Origin: Gemmatimonadota bacterium | Lineage (GTDB): Bacteria > Gemmatimonadota > Gemmatimonadetes > Gemmatimonadales > GWC2-71-9 | DNA: 64,000 nucleotides | NCBI GenBank assembly: GCA_003221895.1 | Contig: QHUJ01000111.1 | Coordinates: 2,836 to 66,835, forward strand | Direction: 5' to 3' | In this document: positions 1-9,650 of the stretch, piece after piece | How positions within the stretch are numbered: position 1 is the first letter of the stretch | How the letters are laid out: each line of letters opens with the position of its first letter | The notes under the pieces: generated by a model | Database searches by the model: none | Told to the model about the DNA's origin: nothing | What the model saw: the letters and a program-made list of their open reading frames with translations, nothing else | Position numbers and translations under genes: made by a program

Positions 1-147
1 ATGAGCGACCTGCGGCGGATGGACGTGCTGTGGTTCCTGCTGAACGACCAGATCCACCACCGCGGACAGTTCTCAGTGTATCTGCGGATGGCCGGCGCAA
101 AGGTGCCGTCTATCTATGGGCCTTCAGCCGACGAGAGGTGGAACTGA
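1..147 (+). CDS. DinB/YfiT-family protein, C-terminal part (truncated by window edge)
   Basis: Frame 1 reads ...WFLLNDQIHHRGQFSVYLRMAGAKVPSIYGPSADERWN*, a typical DinB C-terminal HHRGQ..VYLR..G..VP.IYG motif; absent from the ORF track. Confidence 0.85.
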   Translation: MSDLRRMDVLWFLLNDQIHHRGQFSVYLRMAGAKVPSIYGPSADERWN

Positions 148-150
148 AGC

Positions 151-200
151 ACTTTAAGCGCAGAAAACGGATAGATACCGGCGGCACGGGTCACTATGAT
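151..200 (+). promoter_or_regulatory. ada promoter with candidate Ada box
   Basis: ACT-TTAAGC-GCAG (151-163) resembles the E. coli Ada site AAT-TAAAGC-GCAA; TAGATA (172-177), 17-nt spacer, TATGAT (195-200); GTG 6 nt later. Confidence 0.6.
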
Positions 201-206
201 CAGGGC

Positions 207-1283
207 GTGACCAGTGCCGCTGCTGTTTTCGACCTTCCCACGATCAGCGCCGACGAGCGCTGGCGCGCGGTGCTGGCGCACGACCGGCGCTACGATGGCG
301 CGTTCGTGTACGCGGTGCGCTCGACGGGCATCTATTGCCGCCCTTCGTGCGCCAGCCGCCGGCCACGTCGCACCCAGGTGACCTTCTACGCGATCCCGGA
401 AGTTGCCGAGCGCGCGGGGTACCGAGCGTGCCGCCGCTGTCACCCGGCCGACACCAACGGGGCCGACCCGGCCGTAGCGCTGGTGCGTGAAGCATGCCGG
501 GCACTCGATGCCGGCCGCACGCCGGCGATGGCTCCGGATCGTCTCGCGCGCGTGTTCAAGCGCATCATCGGCATCACACCGAAGCAGTACGCCGCCGCAC
601 GCCGCGTCGCCCGGTTCAAACAGGAATTGAAACGGAGGAAGCACGTGAGTCCCGCACTGTACGAAGCCGGTTACAGCTCGTCGAGTCGAGTCTATGAGCA
701 CGCCCACGAGCAGCTGGGCATGACCCCGGCGACGTATGCGCGGGGCGGCGCCGGCCTGGGCATCGCCTACGTCACGGTGCCGACCTCCCTCGGGCGGCTG
801 CTGGTTGCGGCCACCGAGCGCGGCGTGTGTCGTGTCGCGCTCGGCGACAGCGCCGCGCCGCTCGAGGCCGATCTGCTCGGCGAGTTTCCCACAGCGCGGG
901 TGGTGCAGGACAAGAGCGGCAAGCTGCACGGCTGGGTCACGTCGATTCTCGCTTATTTAGACGGTCGCGAGCCGGATCTAGACCTGCCGCTCGATATTCG
1001 GGCGACGGCGTTTCAGCGGAGGGTGTGGCAGGAGCTCCAGCGCATCCCGTTCGGCAAGACGCGCTCCTACGCAGAGGTGGCGCGGCGAATCGGCAAACCG
1101 ACAGCGACGCGAGCAGTCGCGCGGGCGTGCGCAACGAATCCCCTGGCGCTAGTGATCCCCTGTCACCGCGTCGTGCGAGAGAATGGAGACCTGGGCGGCT
1201 ACCGGTGGGGGCTCGATCGGAAGAAGGCCCTGCTGGAAAAGGAAGGAGACGCTCAGGTCTCCTTCCCACCCAAAGCCTCGTAA
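207..1283 (+). CDS. ada: Bifunctional Ada: Zn-binding methylphosphotriester repair domain, AraC-like HTH, O6-methylguanine-DNA methyltransferase
   Basis: TGIYCRPSC and CRRC Zn ligands; IPCHRVV methyl-acceptor motif; start placed at GTG 207 after the -10 box. Confidence 0.93.
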   Translation: MTSAAAVFDLPTISADERWRAVLAHDRRYDGAFVYAVRSTGIYCRPSCASRRPRRTQVTFYAIPEVAERAGYRACRRCHPADTNGADPAVALVREACRALDAGRTPAMAPDRLARVFKRIIGITPKQYAAARRVARFKQELKRRKHVSPALYEAGYSSSSRVYEHAHEQLGMTPATYARGGAGLGIAYVTVPTSLGRLLVAATERGVCRVALGDSAAPLEADLLGEFPTARVVQDKSGKLHGWVTSILAYLDGREPDLDLPLDIRATAFQRRVWQELQRIPFGKTRSYAEVARRIGKPTATRAVARACATNPLALVIPCHRVVRENGDLGGYRWGLDRKKALLEKEGDAQVSFPPKAS

Positions 1284-1381
1284 ACCCGCCCGCGGTCGTA
1301 CTGCGATCCAATCGTCTGCGCATCCTCTCGGATCGCGTCGCGCGGCCTCCCGGAGCCCGTAGATCATTGGGGAGAGACCTG
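1254..1381. repeat. ~128-nt imperfect long inverted repeat (rod-like hairpin) between convergent ada and dinB
   Basis: CAGGTCTCCTTCCCA...TGGGGAGAGACCTG terminal arms; nested CCGCG/CGCGG and GCGATCC/GGATCGC arms. Confidence 0.6.
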
Positions 1382-1951
1382 TCAAGCAGGCCGGGGAGCC
1401 CCGAATCCTGAGGCGTTCCGCACCTGTCGCGCCTGCCACAGGTGACGCCGATCGTGGGCCAGGATGAACTCGAAGTACGCACCTAACGGCAAGCGTATCA
1501 GCCGGTTGACCGGAGAGATCGTCCTGATGCGCGGCAGGTCCAGGCCATCCGACTGGTGCACCCGCTCGGCCAGCTGATCCCGAACGCGCGCGAACTCCGG
1601 GACTACATCCGCGAGACGGTGGGTCGTGCCCGCGGATTTCTTGAGCGGCGTCTTCATCCGCCACTTGGGCGGCGGCTCCATCTGGCTGATCATCAACCGC
1701 GAAAACCAGCCGTAGCGAAACGGGCCCGCCGACATTTTCCCCGCGGCACGGCCGGCGGCGATCGCGCGATCGAACGCGGGCAGGACCAGCGTGTCCCCCA
1801 CATTCAAATGGTTGAGGCACTGCGCGATCGACCACCGCCCTTCCCCGGGCTGCCAGTTGAATTGCGCATCGCTCAAGCCCGCCGCGATTGTCGCGCCTGC
1901 TTGCTTGGTGGCTTCGATTTGATCGAGCAGCGACTGCGTCGCGGCATTCAT
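1382..1951 (-). CDS. DinB_2-family protein
   Basis: QFNWQPGEGRWSIAQCLNHL and HDRRHLWQ motifs; ATG 1951 with GGAG upstream. Confidence 0.85.
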   Translation of the reverse strand: MNAATQSLLDQIEATKQAGATIAAGLSDAQFNWQPGEGRWSIAQCLNHLNVGDTLVLPAFDRAIAAGRAAGKMSAGPFRYGWFSRLMISQMEPPPKWRMKTPLKKSAGTTHRLADVVPEFARVRDQLAERVHQSDGLDLPRIRTISPVNRLIRLPLGAYFEFILAHDRRHLWQARQVRNASGFGAPRPA

Positions 1952-2022
1952 AGCGTCTCCCCTTCGCTCGCCTTGCCGGGTCGCCCGCCGAGGGTCACGT
2001 TTTCGTGACACCCGGAGGCCCT

Positions 2023-3495
2023 ATGACCGCCCTTGCTGTCCCGCTGGTCCTGCTGTCGCTGCTCGCACAGACGCCCGCTCCGAAACCAGTCCCGCGCGAG
2101 CTGGTGGCGCGCGCAGTCACCGCGATGGGTGGTGAATCCGCGGTCCGCGGAATTCGCAACTACACGATCACATTCTACTCCGTCACGTTCGGGCTCGGCC
2201 AGGAGGAAACACCACAGTCGCCGGCCCGCGCCACCGTCACCATCGGCACCCAGACGACCGACTTTGCCAACAGTCGCCAGCTCGCCGTCACCGAGGTACG
2301 CAACCCGGCGGGCGCTGTCAACAAGCAGCGGCGCATCACCGCCGCTCGAATCGGTATGCTGGAGACGAACGGTGCCCAGGCCCCCGACGGCCCGGGTGCC
2401 GTCGCCAACGTGGAGCGACTCTGGCGTCGTTCTCTCGAGCGCCTGCTGATCGCCGCCCTCGACAATCCCGCCACGCTGCGCGGCCTTCCCGTGCGTTCCT
2501 GGCGCGGGGAGGGCGTGGATGGCGTGCACTACGTGAACGGTCTTGATACGCTGGATGTGTACTTCGACCGCCGCTCCGGACTGCCCGTCCTCACGGAAGC
2601 GATCACCGACGACCCCATTCTCGGCGACCGGCGCACAGTCACCGCGTTCACGCGCTGGCAGGAGGCCGACGGGATTGTCTACGCCCGCCAGTTCGACATC
2701 GAGGTGAATGGTCGCCTGCAGACCAATACCGTCCTCACCGGTCTGACGGTGAATCGCGCCGTCGATGATTCCCTGTTCGTCATCCCCGACAGCATCAAAG
2801 CGAAAGCCCAGCCGAGCGATCCCACGCCGCCGCCGATCGTGGTGAACCTCGTGCAGCTGGCGCCCAACGTGTGGCGCGCCGAAGGGGGAACGCATCATTC
2901 GCTGATCGTGGATCAGGGTACCCGGCTGGTCGTGGCCGAGGCGCCATTGAGTGCGCAACGCATGGAGGCGCTGTTCGACACGCTGCGGTCGCGATTCCCC
3001 GGTAAGCCGGTGGGTCTCGTGATCAATACCCATCATCACTGGGATCATGCCGGTGGGCTGAGAACGGTGCTCGCGGCCGAAGTCCCGATCGTGACGCACG
3101 CCCGCAACGTCAGCTTCGTGCGCTCGATCGGAACGGCGCGCAAGACCGTACGCCCCGATGCGCTGTCAAAGTCCGGTCACCCGTCCCGGAGCACGATTAC
3201 GACCGTCGAGGACAGCCTCGTCGTGGGCTCGGGGCCAACGCGCGTGGTCGCCTACCGGCTGCCTTCCGCGCACGCCGAGGGGTTGCTCGCGATCTATGTG
3301 CCGGAGTCGATGATCCTGTTCCAGAGCGACGTTGTGAATGCCGCCCCGAACCCGCCGGCCGCGGGCAGCGCCGAGCTGATCAAGTTCGTGAAGGCGCGCG
3401 GGATCGTGGTGGAGCGCGTGGCTGGTGGGCACGGTGTGGTGCTTCCGTGGGCGGACGTGGAGCGCGCCGCGACGCCTCCGGCGTCCGCGCCGTGA
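2023..3495 (+). CDS. Secreted metallo-beta-lactamase-fold hydrolase with N-terminal extension
   Basis: Signal peptide; THHHWDH motif plus later His, Asp (QSD) and GHG ligands; GGAGG RBS before ATG 2023. Confidence 0.85.
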   Translation: MTALAVPLVLLSLLAQTPAPKPVPRELVARAVTAMGGESAVRGIRNYTITFYSVTFGLGQEETPQSPARATVTIGTQTTDFANSRQLAVTEVRNPAGAVNKQRRITAARIGMLETNGAQAPDGPGAVANVERLWRRSLERLLIAALDNPATLRGLPVRSWRGEGVDGVHYVNGLDTLDVYFDRRSGLPVLTEAITDDPILGDRRTVTAFTRWQEADGIVYARQFDIEVNGRLQTNTVLTGLTVNRAVDDSLFVIPDSIKAKAQPSDPTPPPIVVNLVQLAPNVWRAEGGTHHSLIVDQGTRLVVAEAPLSAQRMEALFDTLRSRFPGKPVGLVINTHHHWDHAGGLRTVLAAEVPIVTHARNVSFVRSIGTARKTVRPDALSKSGHPSRSTITTVEDSLVVGSGPTRVVAYRLPSAHAEGLLAIYVPESMILFQSDVVNAAPNPPAAGSAELIKFVKARGIVVERVAGGHGVVLPWADVERAATPPASAP

Positions 3496-3613
3496 GGTAG
3501 GACGCGCGGCGAACGCTCCTCCCGCAGGGGACGTTTCACCGACACTCCCGCGGCTTTAGGCCGCTGCGTCGCGGATCACATCCGGCAGCCGTGCTCGCCA
3601 GTATTGTCGAGCG

Positions 3614-4048
3614 ATGCTGCGACGGATTCGCTGGGCCCTCCTCACGCTCGCGCTTCTGCCGGCCGCCGCTGGAGCGCAGGAGGTTTCTTATACCCTCGTC
3701 GTGCACACGTCGAATCCGGTCAAGAGCCTTACGAGGGACCAGGTCTCGAGGATTTTCCTGCGCAAAGCCACTCTCTGGGGCAACAGCAAGCCGGTACTGC
3801 CGGTCGATCAGGCGCCCGATGCGGCGGTGCGACGCACGTTCACCAAGCGCATTCATCAGCGCACCATCGCCTCCGTGCAGACGTGGTGGCAGCAGCAAAC
3901 ATTCGCCGGTATCGGCGTTGCCCCGCCGGAGCGCGGGTCCGATGTCGGCGTCCTGGACTACGTCCGGAAGTATCCGGGCGCGATCGGCTACGTGCGCGCC
4001 GGCGTGGCGCTCGGCGCGGGCGTAAAAGCGATCGACGTCACCCCGTAA
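3614..4048 (+). CDS. Small secreted PstS/phosphate-binding-protein-like protein
   Basis: Signal peptide ending AGA-Q; VVHxSNPV..L...V.RIFL and V.DYV...PGAIGYV pattern of the short PBP-like family. Confidence 0.7.
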   Translation: MLRRIRWALLTLALLPAAAGAQEVSYTLVVHTSNPVKSLTRDQVSRIFLRKATLWGNSKPVLPVDQAPDAAVRRTFTKRIHQRTIASVQTWWQQQTFAGIGVAPPERGSDVGVLDYVRKYPGAIGYVRAGVALGAGVKAIDVTP

Positions 4049-4065
4049 TATCCAGGCGGTCGATG

Positions 4066-4109
4066 TACGAAGCGCTTCGTATTGACAGGTACGAAGCGCT
4101 TCGTATATT
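4066..4109 (+). promoter_or_regulatory. Twin BlaI-type operators overlapping a sigma70 promoter
   Basis: Perfect palindrome TACGAAGCGCTTCGTA at 4066-4081 and 4090-4105, flanking TTGACA (4082-4087); TATATT at 4104-4109. Confidence 0.9.
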
Positions 4110-4115
4110 GGCGCC

Positions 4116-4508
4116 ATGGCCAACCGCCCCGCGATTCGTCCCACCAACGCCGAGTTGGCGATTCTCGGCGTGCTCTGGAGCAACGGCGCCAGCACCGTGC
4201 GCGAAGTGCATGACGCGCTCAAGGAGGCCCGCGATGAGGCAGTCGGGTACACGACCATTCTCAAGCTGCTCCAGATCATGACGGAAAAGAAACTCGTCAA
4301 ACGAGATACACGGGCGCGCACGCATGTCTACGCCGCCGCGGTTTCCGAGGCAACCACCCGCGGCCATTTGCTGTCTGATCTGGTAGACCGGGCGTTCGGA
4401 GGGTCGTCCCTGGCGCTCGTGCTTCAGGCACTGTCCAGTGCTCGAGCCACTCCCGCCGAGCTCGAGCAGATCCGACGCCTACTCGATGAGAGGAAAGCAC
4501 CTCGATGA
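4116..4508 (+). CDS. BlaI/MecI/CopY-family repressor
   Basis: PTNAELAILGVLW...STVREVH...YTTILKLLQIM.EKKLV.R...FGGS pattern. Confidence 0.93.
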   Translation: MANRPAIRPTNAELAILGVLWSNGASTVREVHDALKEARDEAVGYTTILKLLQIMTEKKLVKRDTRARTHVYAAAVSEATTRGHLLSDLVDRAFGGSSLALVLQALSSARATPAELEQIRRLLDERKAPR

Positions 4509-7500
4509 ACGCGACACGCGCGCTGGGCTGGGCTCTCATTCATTTCCTCTGGCAGGGCGCGGCGCTGGCTGTCCTGCTGGGCGTGGTCCTCGCGATCACG
4601 CGTTCGACCGCCGCCCGCACGCGTTACGCGTTGTCTACGGTGACCCTCGTGGCGATGCTCGTGTCGCCCATCGTCACCGTCGCGCGGTTGTATCAGCCGG
4701 CAGCCGTCGCAACGATTCCCAGTATCCAGCCCCCGTCAGTGAGTGATGCGGTCCCGGTCGGGCAGCCGGCCCCGCACCGCGCCGCCCCTGCCCCGAGCGT
4801 AGGCGTTGTAATCACCAACGCCGCGACTCAGCCCGGCGGTCCAGAGGTTGTGGAGCTCAGCGCCTGGCTCGAGCCCGCGTTGCCCTGGCTCGTCGTCGCA
4901 TGGATCGGCGGCGTTCTCCTACTCTCCGTGCGGCTCGCGCACGGATGGATCGCCGCCCGCCGCCTGCGGACAAACGGAACGCGCAGTGTCCCGGTCGCGC
5001 TCCAGGGCGTACTCGTACGGCTCGTCGCGCGGCTGCGCGTGAACCGGCCCGTTCGTCTCCTGGAGTCCCTGCTCGTCGAGGTCCCTGCGGTCATCGGTTG
5101 GCTGCGTCCCGTCATCCTCGTTCCGACGAGTGCCCTCACGGGACTCACCCCGCAGCAGCTCGAGGTTCTGCTCGCGCACGAGCTCGCTCACGTGCGGCGG
5201 CACGACTACCTCGTGAATGTCATTCAATGCGTCATCGAGACTCTGCTCTTCTACCATCCCGCGGTGTGGTGGGTATCGCGCCGCGTTCGCGACGAGCGGG
5301 AGCACTGCTGCGACGACCTCGCCGTTCAGGTGTGCGGCGATCCGGAGCTGTACGTCTCGGCGCTCGTCGGCATGGAACGGATTCGCTCCGCCGCGCCGCG
5401 CTTGGCGCTCGCTGCGACTGGGGGAGGGGGATCCCTGCTCCACCGCGTGCGACGCCTCATTCTCCCCACGACTGCGCACCGAGAGTTCTTCCCTCGTTGG
5501 GCCGCCGGCTTCGCCGGCGTGGCCGCGGTGACGATCGGACTGCTGGCAAGCGGCGGCGGTCGCGTTGCTGGACAACCCACGGAAGTCCTCCGGGCCGACA
5601 CCACGCGGATGACGCCGGATACCGTGCTCCGGCATCCCGATCCCTCTCAGCCATTGGCGCAACGCTGGGACTGGGCCGGCACGCAGGCGCGGCAGCTCAA
5701 CAAGCGCAGCTACTGGATCGGCTACACGATTTCCCCGCCGTCGTGGCTCGAGCACTCGATGTACGTGGATCGCGGGATGGAAGTGAAGCGACAGGGCGTC
5801 TCGATGAGCGGCCGGCTGTTCGGTGACTTTCAGGGCCTCATGTTCCGCGGTGTGCGCCTCGCGCCACTCGCTGGCACGAACGATTCCGACGACATCGCGA
5901 TTCTGTTCGGGTTCTCAACGGATCCGAGCGGCAAGGCCGTCGTGTCTCACGTCCGCATCGCGAGCTTCTATCTGCCGATGGACTTCCGCGGCAAGACGCT
6001 CTTTTGGCTGGGTGGCGCGAGCGACGCCCAGAGCCTTCCGGTCATCGAGGGACTCTTCGCGGCGACGCAATCCGAGCTGCGCGAAGAACTCGTGTCGGCG
6101 CTCGGCATCCACGGCTCGAGCGACGCCGTCGTCCCGATACTGCAGCGAATTCTCACCGGTCGAGACCGGACCGACGTGCGCGCGCAGGCAGCCGAATGGC
6201 TCGGATTCCATCCGACCCGCGCTGCCGTCATTGCGCTCAGCGCCGCAGCGCGCAAGGACGCCACCGGAGACGTGCGTCGGGAAGCGGCTGAGGGACTCGG
6301 CGAGAACACGCTGCCCGCCGCCACTGATTCGGTGATTGCGATCGCCAAAACCGGCCCCGATGCCGATACGCGGCGCGAGGCCGTCGAAGGTCTGGGACAG
6401 AAGGACAGCGAGGTCGCGCTCGCGGCCCTCATCTCAATCGCACGAACCGACCCAAGTGAAGACGTACAGCGTCAAGCGGTCGAGACGCTCGGCGAGATGC
6501 CGAACGGTCGAGGGTTGAACGCGGTGCGCGACATCGTGCGGACTCATCCCCGGCCCGATGTGCGACGCGAGGCCGTCGAAACGCTCGGTGAGAAGCTGCC
6601 GCCCGCCGAAGCCGTGACGGTGCTGAAGAGCATCGCGACCGGCGATCCCAACTCGGACGTGCGGCGTGCGGCCGTCGAAACGCTGGGCGAACACGCCCCC
6701 ACGGCCGAGACGGCGCGGTTTCTGTCCGACCTGGCCAACAACGATCGCAACGAGGACGTCCAGCGCGAGGCCGTCGAGACGCTGGGCGAGCTGGGCGACC
6801 TCGGGATGCCGGCCATATTCGAGATGGCCCGAACTCATCCATCATCGGACATCCGTCGGGATGCGGTCGAGACCATCGGCGACAAGGCGCCTCCCTCGCA
6901 GGCACTCGATCTGCTCGCGCGGATCGCGCGCACCGACCGCGATCCCGACGTGCAGCGCGAAGCGGTGGAGACACTCGGCCAGCTGCAGGACGATCGCGCG
7001 TACAATCTGCTGGTGGAGTTCGCGCGAACGCATCCCGTCAGCGACGTGCGCCGCGAGGCCATCGAGACCCTTGGCGAGAGCGGCCGGACCGACAGTGTGA
7101 TTGCCATTCTCGATGACGTCGCGCGCAATGCCAGCGATCCGGACGTGGCGCGGAAGGCGGTGGAAACGCTGGGCGATCTGCATGACCACCGCGCGCTCGC
7201 ATTGGTCGGCAGGATCGCGCGCAGTCAGGTGAACGTGGATGTGCGGCGCGCGGCGATCGAGACCTATGGCGAATCAGCGCCGAGCGATTCGGCGATCGCG
7301 TTGTTCAGGTTGATCCTGGGCGGCAATCCGCCGGAGGATGTCTACAACGAGGTGCTCGAGACCCTCGAAGAGCTGGATGGTGGCGCGGGCATTCCGACGC
7401 TCATCGACGTGGCCCGCTCACATCCCAACCATGAGATCCGGGCCGCCGCCCTCCGCCGGCTGGCGGAGAGCGACGACCCAAGAGCTCAAAAGGTGTTTGA

Positions 7501-7519
7501 CACGGTGCGACAGCCCTAG
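4505..7519 (+). CDS. BlaR1-like M56 metallopeptidase signal transducer with ~15 C-terminal HEAT repeats
   Basis: LGWALIHFLWQG start, HELAH zinc motif, FYHPAVWW, EHCCDD; repeated V(R/Q)REAVETLG units about every 33 aa; ATGA overlap with blaI. Confidence 0.9.
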   Translation: MNATRALGWALIHFLWQGAALAVLLGVVLAITRSTAARTRYALSTVTLVAMLVSPIVTVARLYQPAAVATIPSIQPPSVSDAVPVGQPAPHRAAPAPSVGVVITNAATQPGGPEVVELSAWLEPALPWLVVAWIGGVLLLSVRLAHGWIAARRLRTNGTRSVPVALQGVLVRLVARLRVNRPVRLLESLLVEVPAVIGWLRPVILVPTSALTGLTPQQLEVLLAHELAHVRRHDYLVNVIQCVIETLLFYHPAVWWVSRRVRDEREHCCDDLAVQVCGDPELYVSALVGMERIRSAAPRLALAATGGGGSLLHRVRRLILPTTAHREFFPRWAAGFAGVAAVTIGLLASGGGRVAGQPTEVLRADTTRMTPDTVLRHPDPSQPLAQRWDWAGTQARQLNKRSYWIGYTISPPSWLEHSMYVDRGMEVKRQGVSMSGRLFGDFQGLMFRGVRLAPLAGTNDSDDIAILFGFSTDPSGKAVVSHVRIASFYLPMDFRGKTLFWLGGASDAQSLPVIEGLFAATQSELREELVSALGIHGSSDAVVPILQRILTGRDRTDVRAQAAEWLGFHPTRAAVIALSAAARKDATGDVRREAAEGLGENTLPAATDSVIAIAKTGPDADTRREAVEGLGQKDSEVALAALISIARTDPSEDVQRQAVETLGEMPNGRGLNAVRDIVRTHPRPDVRREAVETLGEKLPPAEAVTVLKSIATGDPNSDVRRAAVETLGEHAPTAETARFLSDLANNDRNEDVQREAVETLGELGDLGMPAIFEMARTHPSSDIRRDAVETIGDKAPPSQALDLLARIARTDRDPDVQREAVETLGQLQDDRAYNLLVEFARTHPVSDVRREAIETLGESGRTDSVIAILDDVARNASDPDVARKAVETLGDLHDHRALALVGRIARSQVNVDVRRAAIETYGESAPSDSAIALFRLILGGNPPEDVYNEVLETLEELDGGAGIPTLIDVARSHPNHEIRAAALRRLAESDDPRAQKVFDTVRQP

Positions 7520-9579
7520 CGCTGGCGCGCTTCCCCGCCGCTGCTCGCGGCGGCTTCACTGCCGAGACGATGCTGCTGATACCAGCTCATCATGTAGAGC
7601 TGTGTTCTAAGGAAGTTCGATGGCTTGGAGCCAGTCCCGTGATACTCGCCGTTGAAGCGCAGCATCACCACGGGGACCTTCCGCATCTTCAGCGCCGAGT
7701 AGTACTCCTCGGTCTGCGGAATCGGCGTGCGCAGATCGAGCTCCCCCGTCATCAGCAGCGTTGGCGTCTTGACGTTGCCGACGTATGCCAGCGACGACTG
7801 CTTGATCCACTGCTCGGGCTTCTCCCAGAAGGGCGCGTCAAAGAAGCCGTAAGTGAAGAGCGGTATGTCGGTTTGCCCCGCCATGCTCATCCAGTCGATC
7901 ACGGGACACCGCACCGCGGCCGCCGCGAAGCGCGTGGTATGCCCGATGACCCAGCTCGACAGCACGCCACCGCCCGAGCATCCACCCACATACATCCGCT
8001 GTGGATCGATGTAACCGCGGTTGACCACCGTGTCGACACCCGCCATCAAGTCGTCGTAATCGACACTCGGATACGCGCGTTCGATGGCATTCCCGAACGT
8101 GCTCCCGTAGCCGGTGCTGCCGCGTGGATTGGTGTATAGCACCACGTACCCGTTGGCCGCGAAATTCTGCAGCTGATAGCTGAAGGCACCATTGTACATG
8201 CCGTGCGGCCCGCCGTGGATCTCCATGATCAGCGGGTATTTCTTCGACGGATCGAAGCCGGGCGGCTTGATGATCCACCCCTCGACCTTCGTCCCGCCGG
8301 TCGACGTGTACCACAGCTCCTCGACCTTTCCGAGCTTGATGCGGTCGAGAACGTCGGCGTTGACGCTCGTGAGCCGCGAGATGGGTTGCGGCTTCTTGAG
8401 ATTGATGCGCACGACATCAGGCGGATCATCGGCATCGGAGCGAATGCCGACCGCGTTGAGATCGCGCGCAATCGACGACAGGGAGAGCATCTGCGTGCCG
8501 TCGGTGACCTTGCGGTTGCCGCCGCGGAGCCCCGCGAAGTACACGTTACTGGTCCCCTGATCGGCGAGCGCAAAGTAGACACCGCTGCCGTCCGGACTCC
8601 ACTCCAGGTCGCCGGGATCGCGGTCGTAGCTCGTGAGCGCTTTCAGGCCGCTGCCGTCGAGACCCACCACCCAGACTTCGTTCGCCCGATAGGAGAACGT
8701 GCCGTATTCGTGTCCGGTGAATGCCACGCTGCGGCCGTCGGGCGAGACGATGGGATTGGTCCAGCCGCCTTTCTTCGTGACGAGCGGGCGGATCGTTCCG
8801 CTCTGCAGCTCCACGGCATACACGTACGACTCGCGATAGCGATAGTCGAAATCGGACTCCCGCAGGCCGTCGAACACGATCGTGCGCCCGTCGGGCGCCC
8901 AGTCGTAGTTCGGTCCACCCCCCAGCTCGCTCGTCCCGTACTCACCGGTTGTGAGCTGGCGTGGAGTGCCGCCATCCGCGGAAACCAGGAAAATCTGCGT
9001 CGTGCCTTGCTCGACGTACCCCATCCGGTCGCGCCGGTAGTGGAGCTTGTCGACGATGCGCGGCGCCGGGGTCCACTTCGCGCCTTCCGGCTGGGCCGGC
9101 ATGCTGATCTTCCACGGCGTTTCGCTCTTCACGAGCATCGTGAAGGCGAGTGAGCGACCGTCGGGTGACCAGCTCGCGTTGGCCGGCGTCTCGGTCACGC
9201 GCGTGATTTGCGAAGTCGCCCCCTCGGCATCCATCCAGCGCACGAAGACCTGCGTGCCCTTCGGTTCGCCGTCGGCGAGATAGGCGATGCGGCTGCCGTC
9301 GGGCGACCAGCGCGCGTTGGACCCTTTCACGAGAAACCGGTTTTTGGACCCGTCCGCGTTCACGATCCACAGGCCCGAGTCCCAGCGATCCTCGATCTTG
9401 TTCACCCAGCGTCGCGTGTAGACGATCTGCGCTCCATTGGGCGAGACCTGCGGATCAGCGACTTGTTCCCAGTCGAGATAGTGGTTGACGGTGAGTAGCG
9501 TATCCGATGCGGTTTCCTGTGCGGCGACGGCAGGCGAGAGACATACGGCGAGTACAGCGGCAATCGACATGGAGCGCAT
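7516..9579 (-). CDS. Secreted S9C (acylaminoacyl/dipeptidyl) peptidase with PD40 propeller
   Basis: Signal peptide; WSPDG repeats; IHGGP, GCSGGG nucleophile, DLR and EYHG triad residues. Confidence 0.92.
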   Translation of the reverse strand: MRSMSIAAVLAVCLSPAVAAQETASDTLLTVNHYLDWEQVADPQVSPNGAQIVYTRRWVNKIEDRWDSGLWIVNADGSKNRFLVKGSNARWSPDGSRIAYLADGEPKGTQVFVRWMDAEGATSQITRVTETPANASWSPDGRSLAFTMLVKSETPWKISMPAQPEGAKWTPAPRIVDKLHYRRDRMGYVEQGTTQIFLVSADGGTPRQLTTGEYGTSELGGGPNYDWAPDGRTIVFDGLRESDFDYRYRESYVYAVELQSGTIRPLVTKKGGWTNPIVSPDGRSVAFTGHEYGTFSYRANEVWVVGLDGSGLKALTSYDRDPGDLEWSPDGSGVYFALADQGTSNVYFAGLRGGNRKVTDGTQMLSLSSIARDLNAVGIRSDADDPPDVVRINLKKPQPISRLTSVNADVLDRIKLGKVEELWYTSTGGTKVEGWIIKPPGFDPSKKYPLIMEIHGGPHGMYNGAFSYQLQNFAANGYVVLYTNPRGSTGYGSTFGNAIERAYPSVDYDDLMAGVDTVVNRGYIDPQRMYVGGCSGGGVLSSWVIGHTTRFAAAAVRCPVIDWMSMAGQTDIPLFTYGFFDAPFWEKPEQWIKQSSLAYVGNVKTPTLLMTGELDLRTPIPQTEEYYSALKMRKVPVVMLRFNGEYHGTGSKPSNFLRTQLYMMSWYQQHRLGSEAAASSGGEARQR

Positions 9580-9650
9580 AGAGCCTCGTGGCAAGTGCGG
9601 ACCTTAAAAAGAACTGCCGATACACGTTGCGGCTAGCCCGCTCACGGCCT

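Noticed and set aside
3496-3613. Hairpin-rich gap with GGCGAAC...GGGACG, reminiscent of a c-di-GMP-I riboswitch
   Set aside because: No GNRA loop or GCAAA junction and no convincing P2; the downstream gene appears leaderless
2023-4508. Beta-lactam resistance locus (MBL next to blaI/blaR)
   Set aside because: The MBL-fold protein is a long generic hydrolase with no operator upstream, and the sensor lacks a PBP domain
6150-7480. Regularly spaced ~100-bp DNA repeats (GCCGTCGAGACGCT-like) that could mimic a CRISPR array
   Set aside because: They are degenerate, in frame and vary at synonymous positions, so they are HEAT repeat coding units; no cas genes
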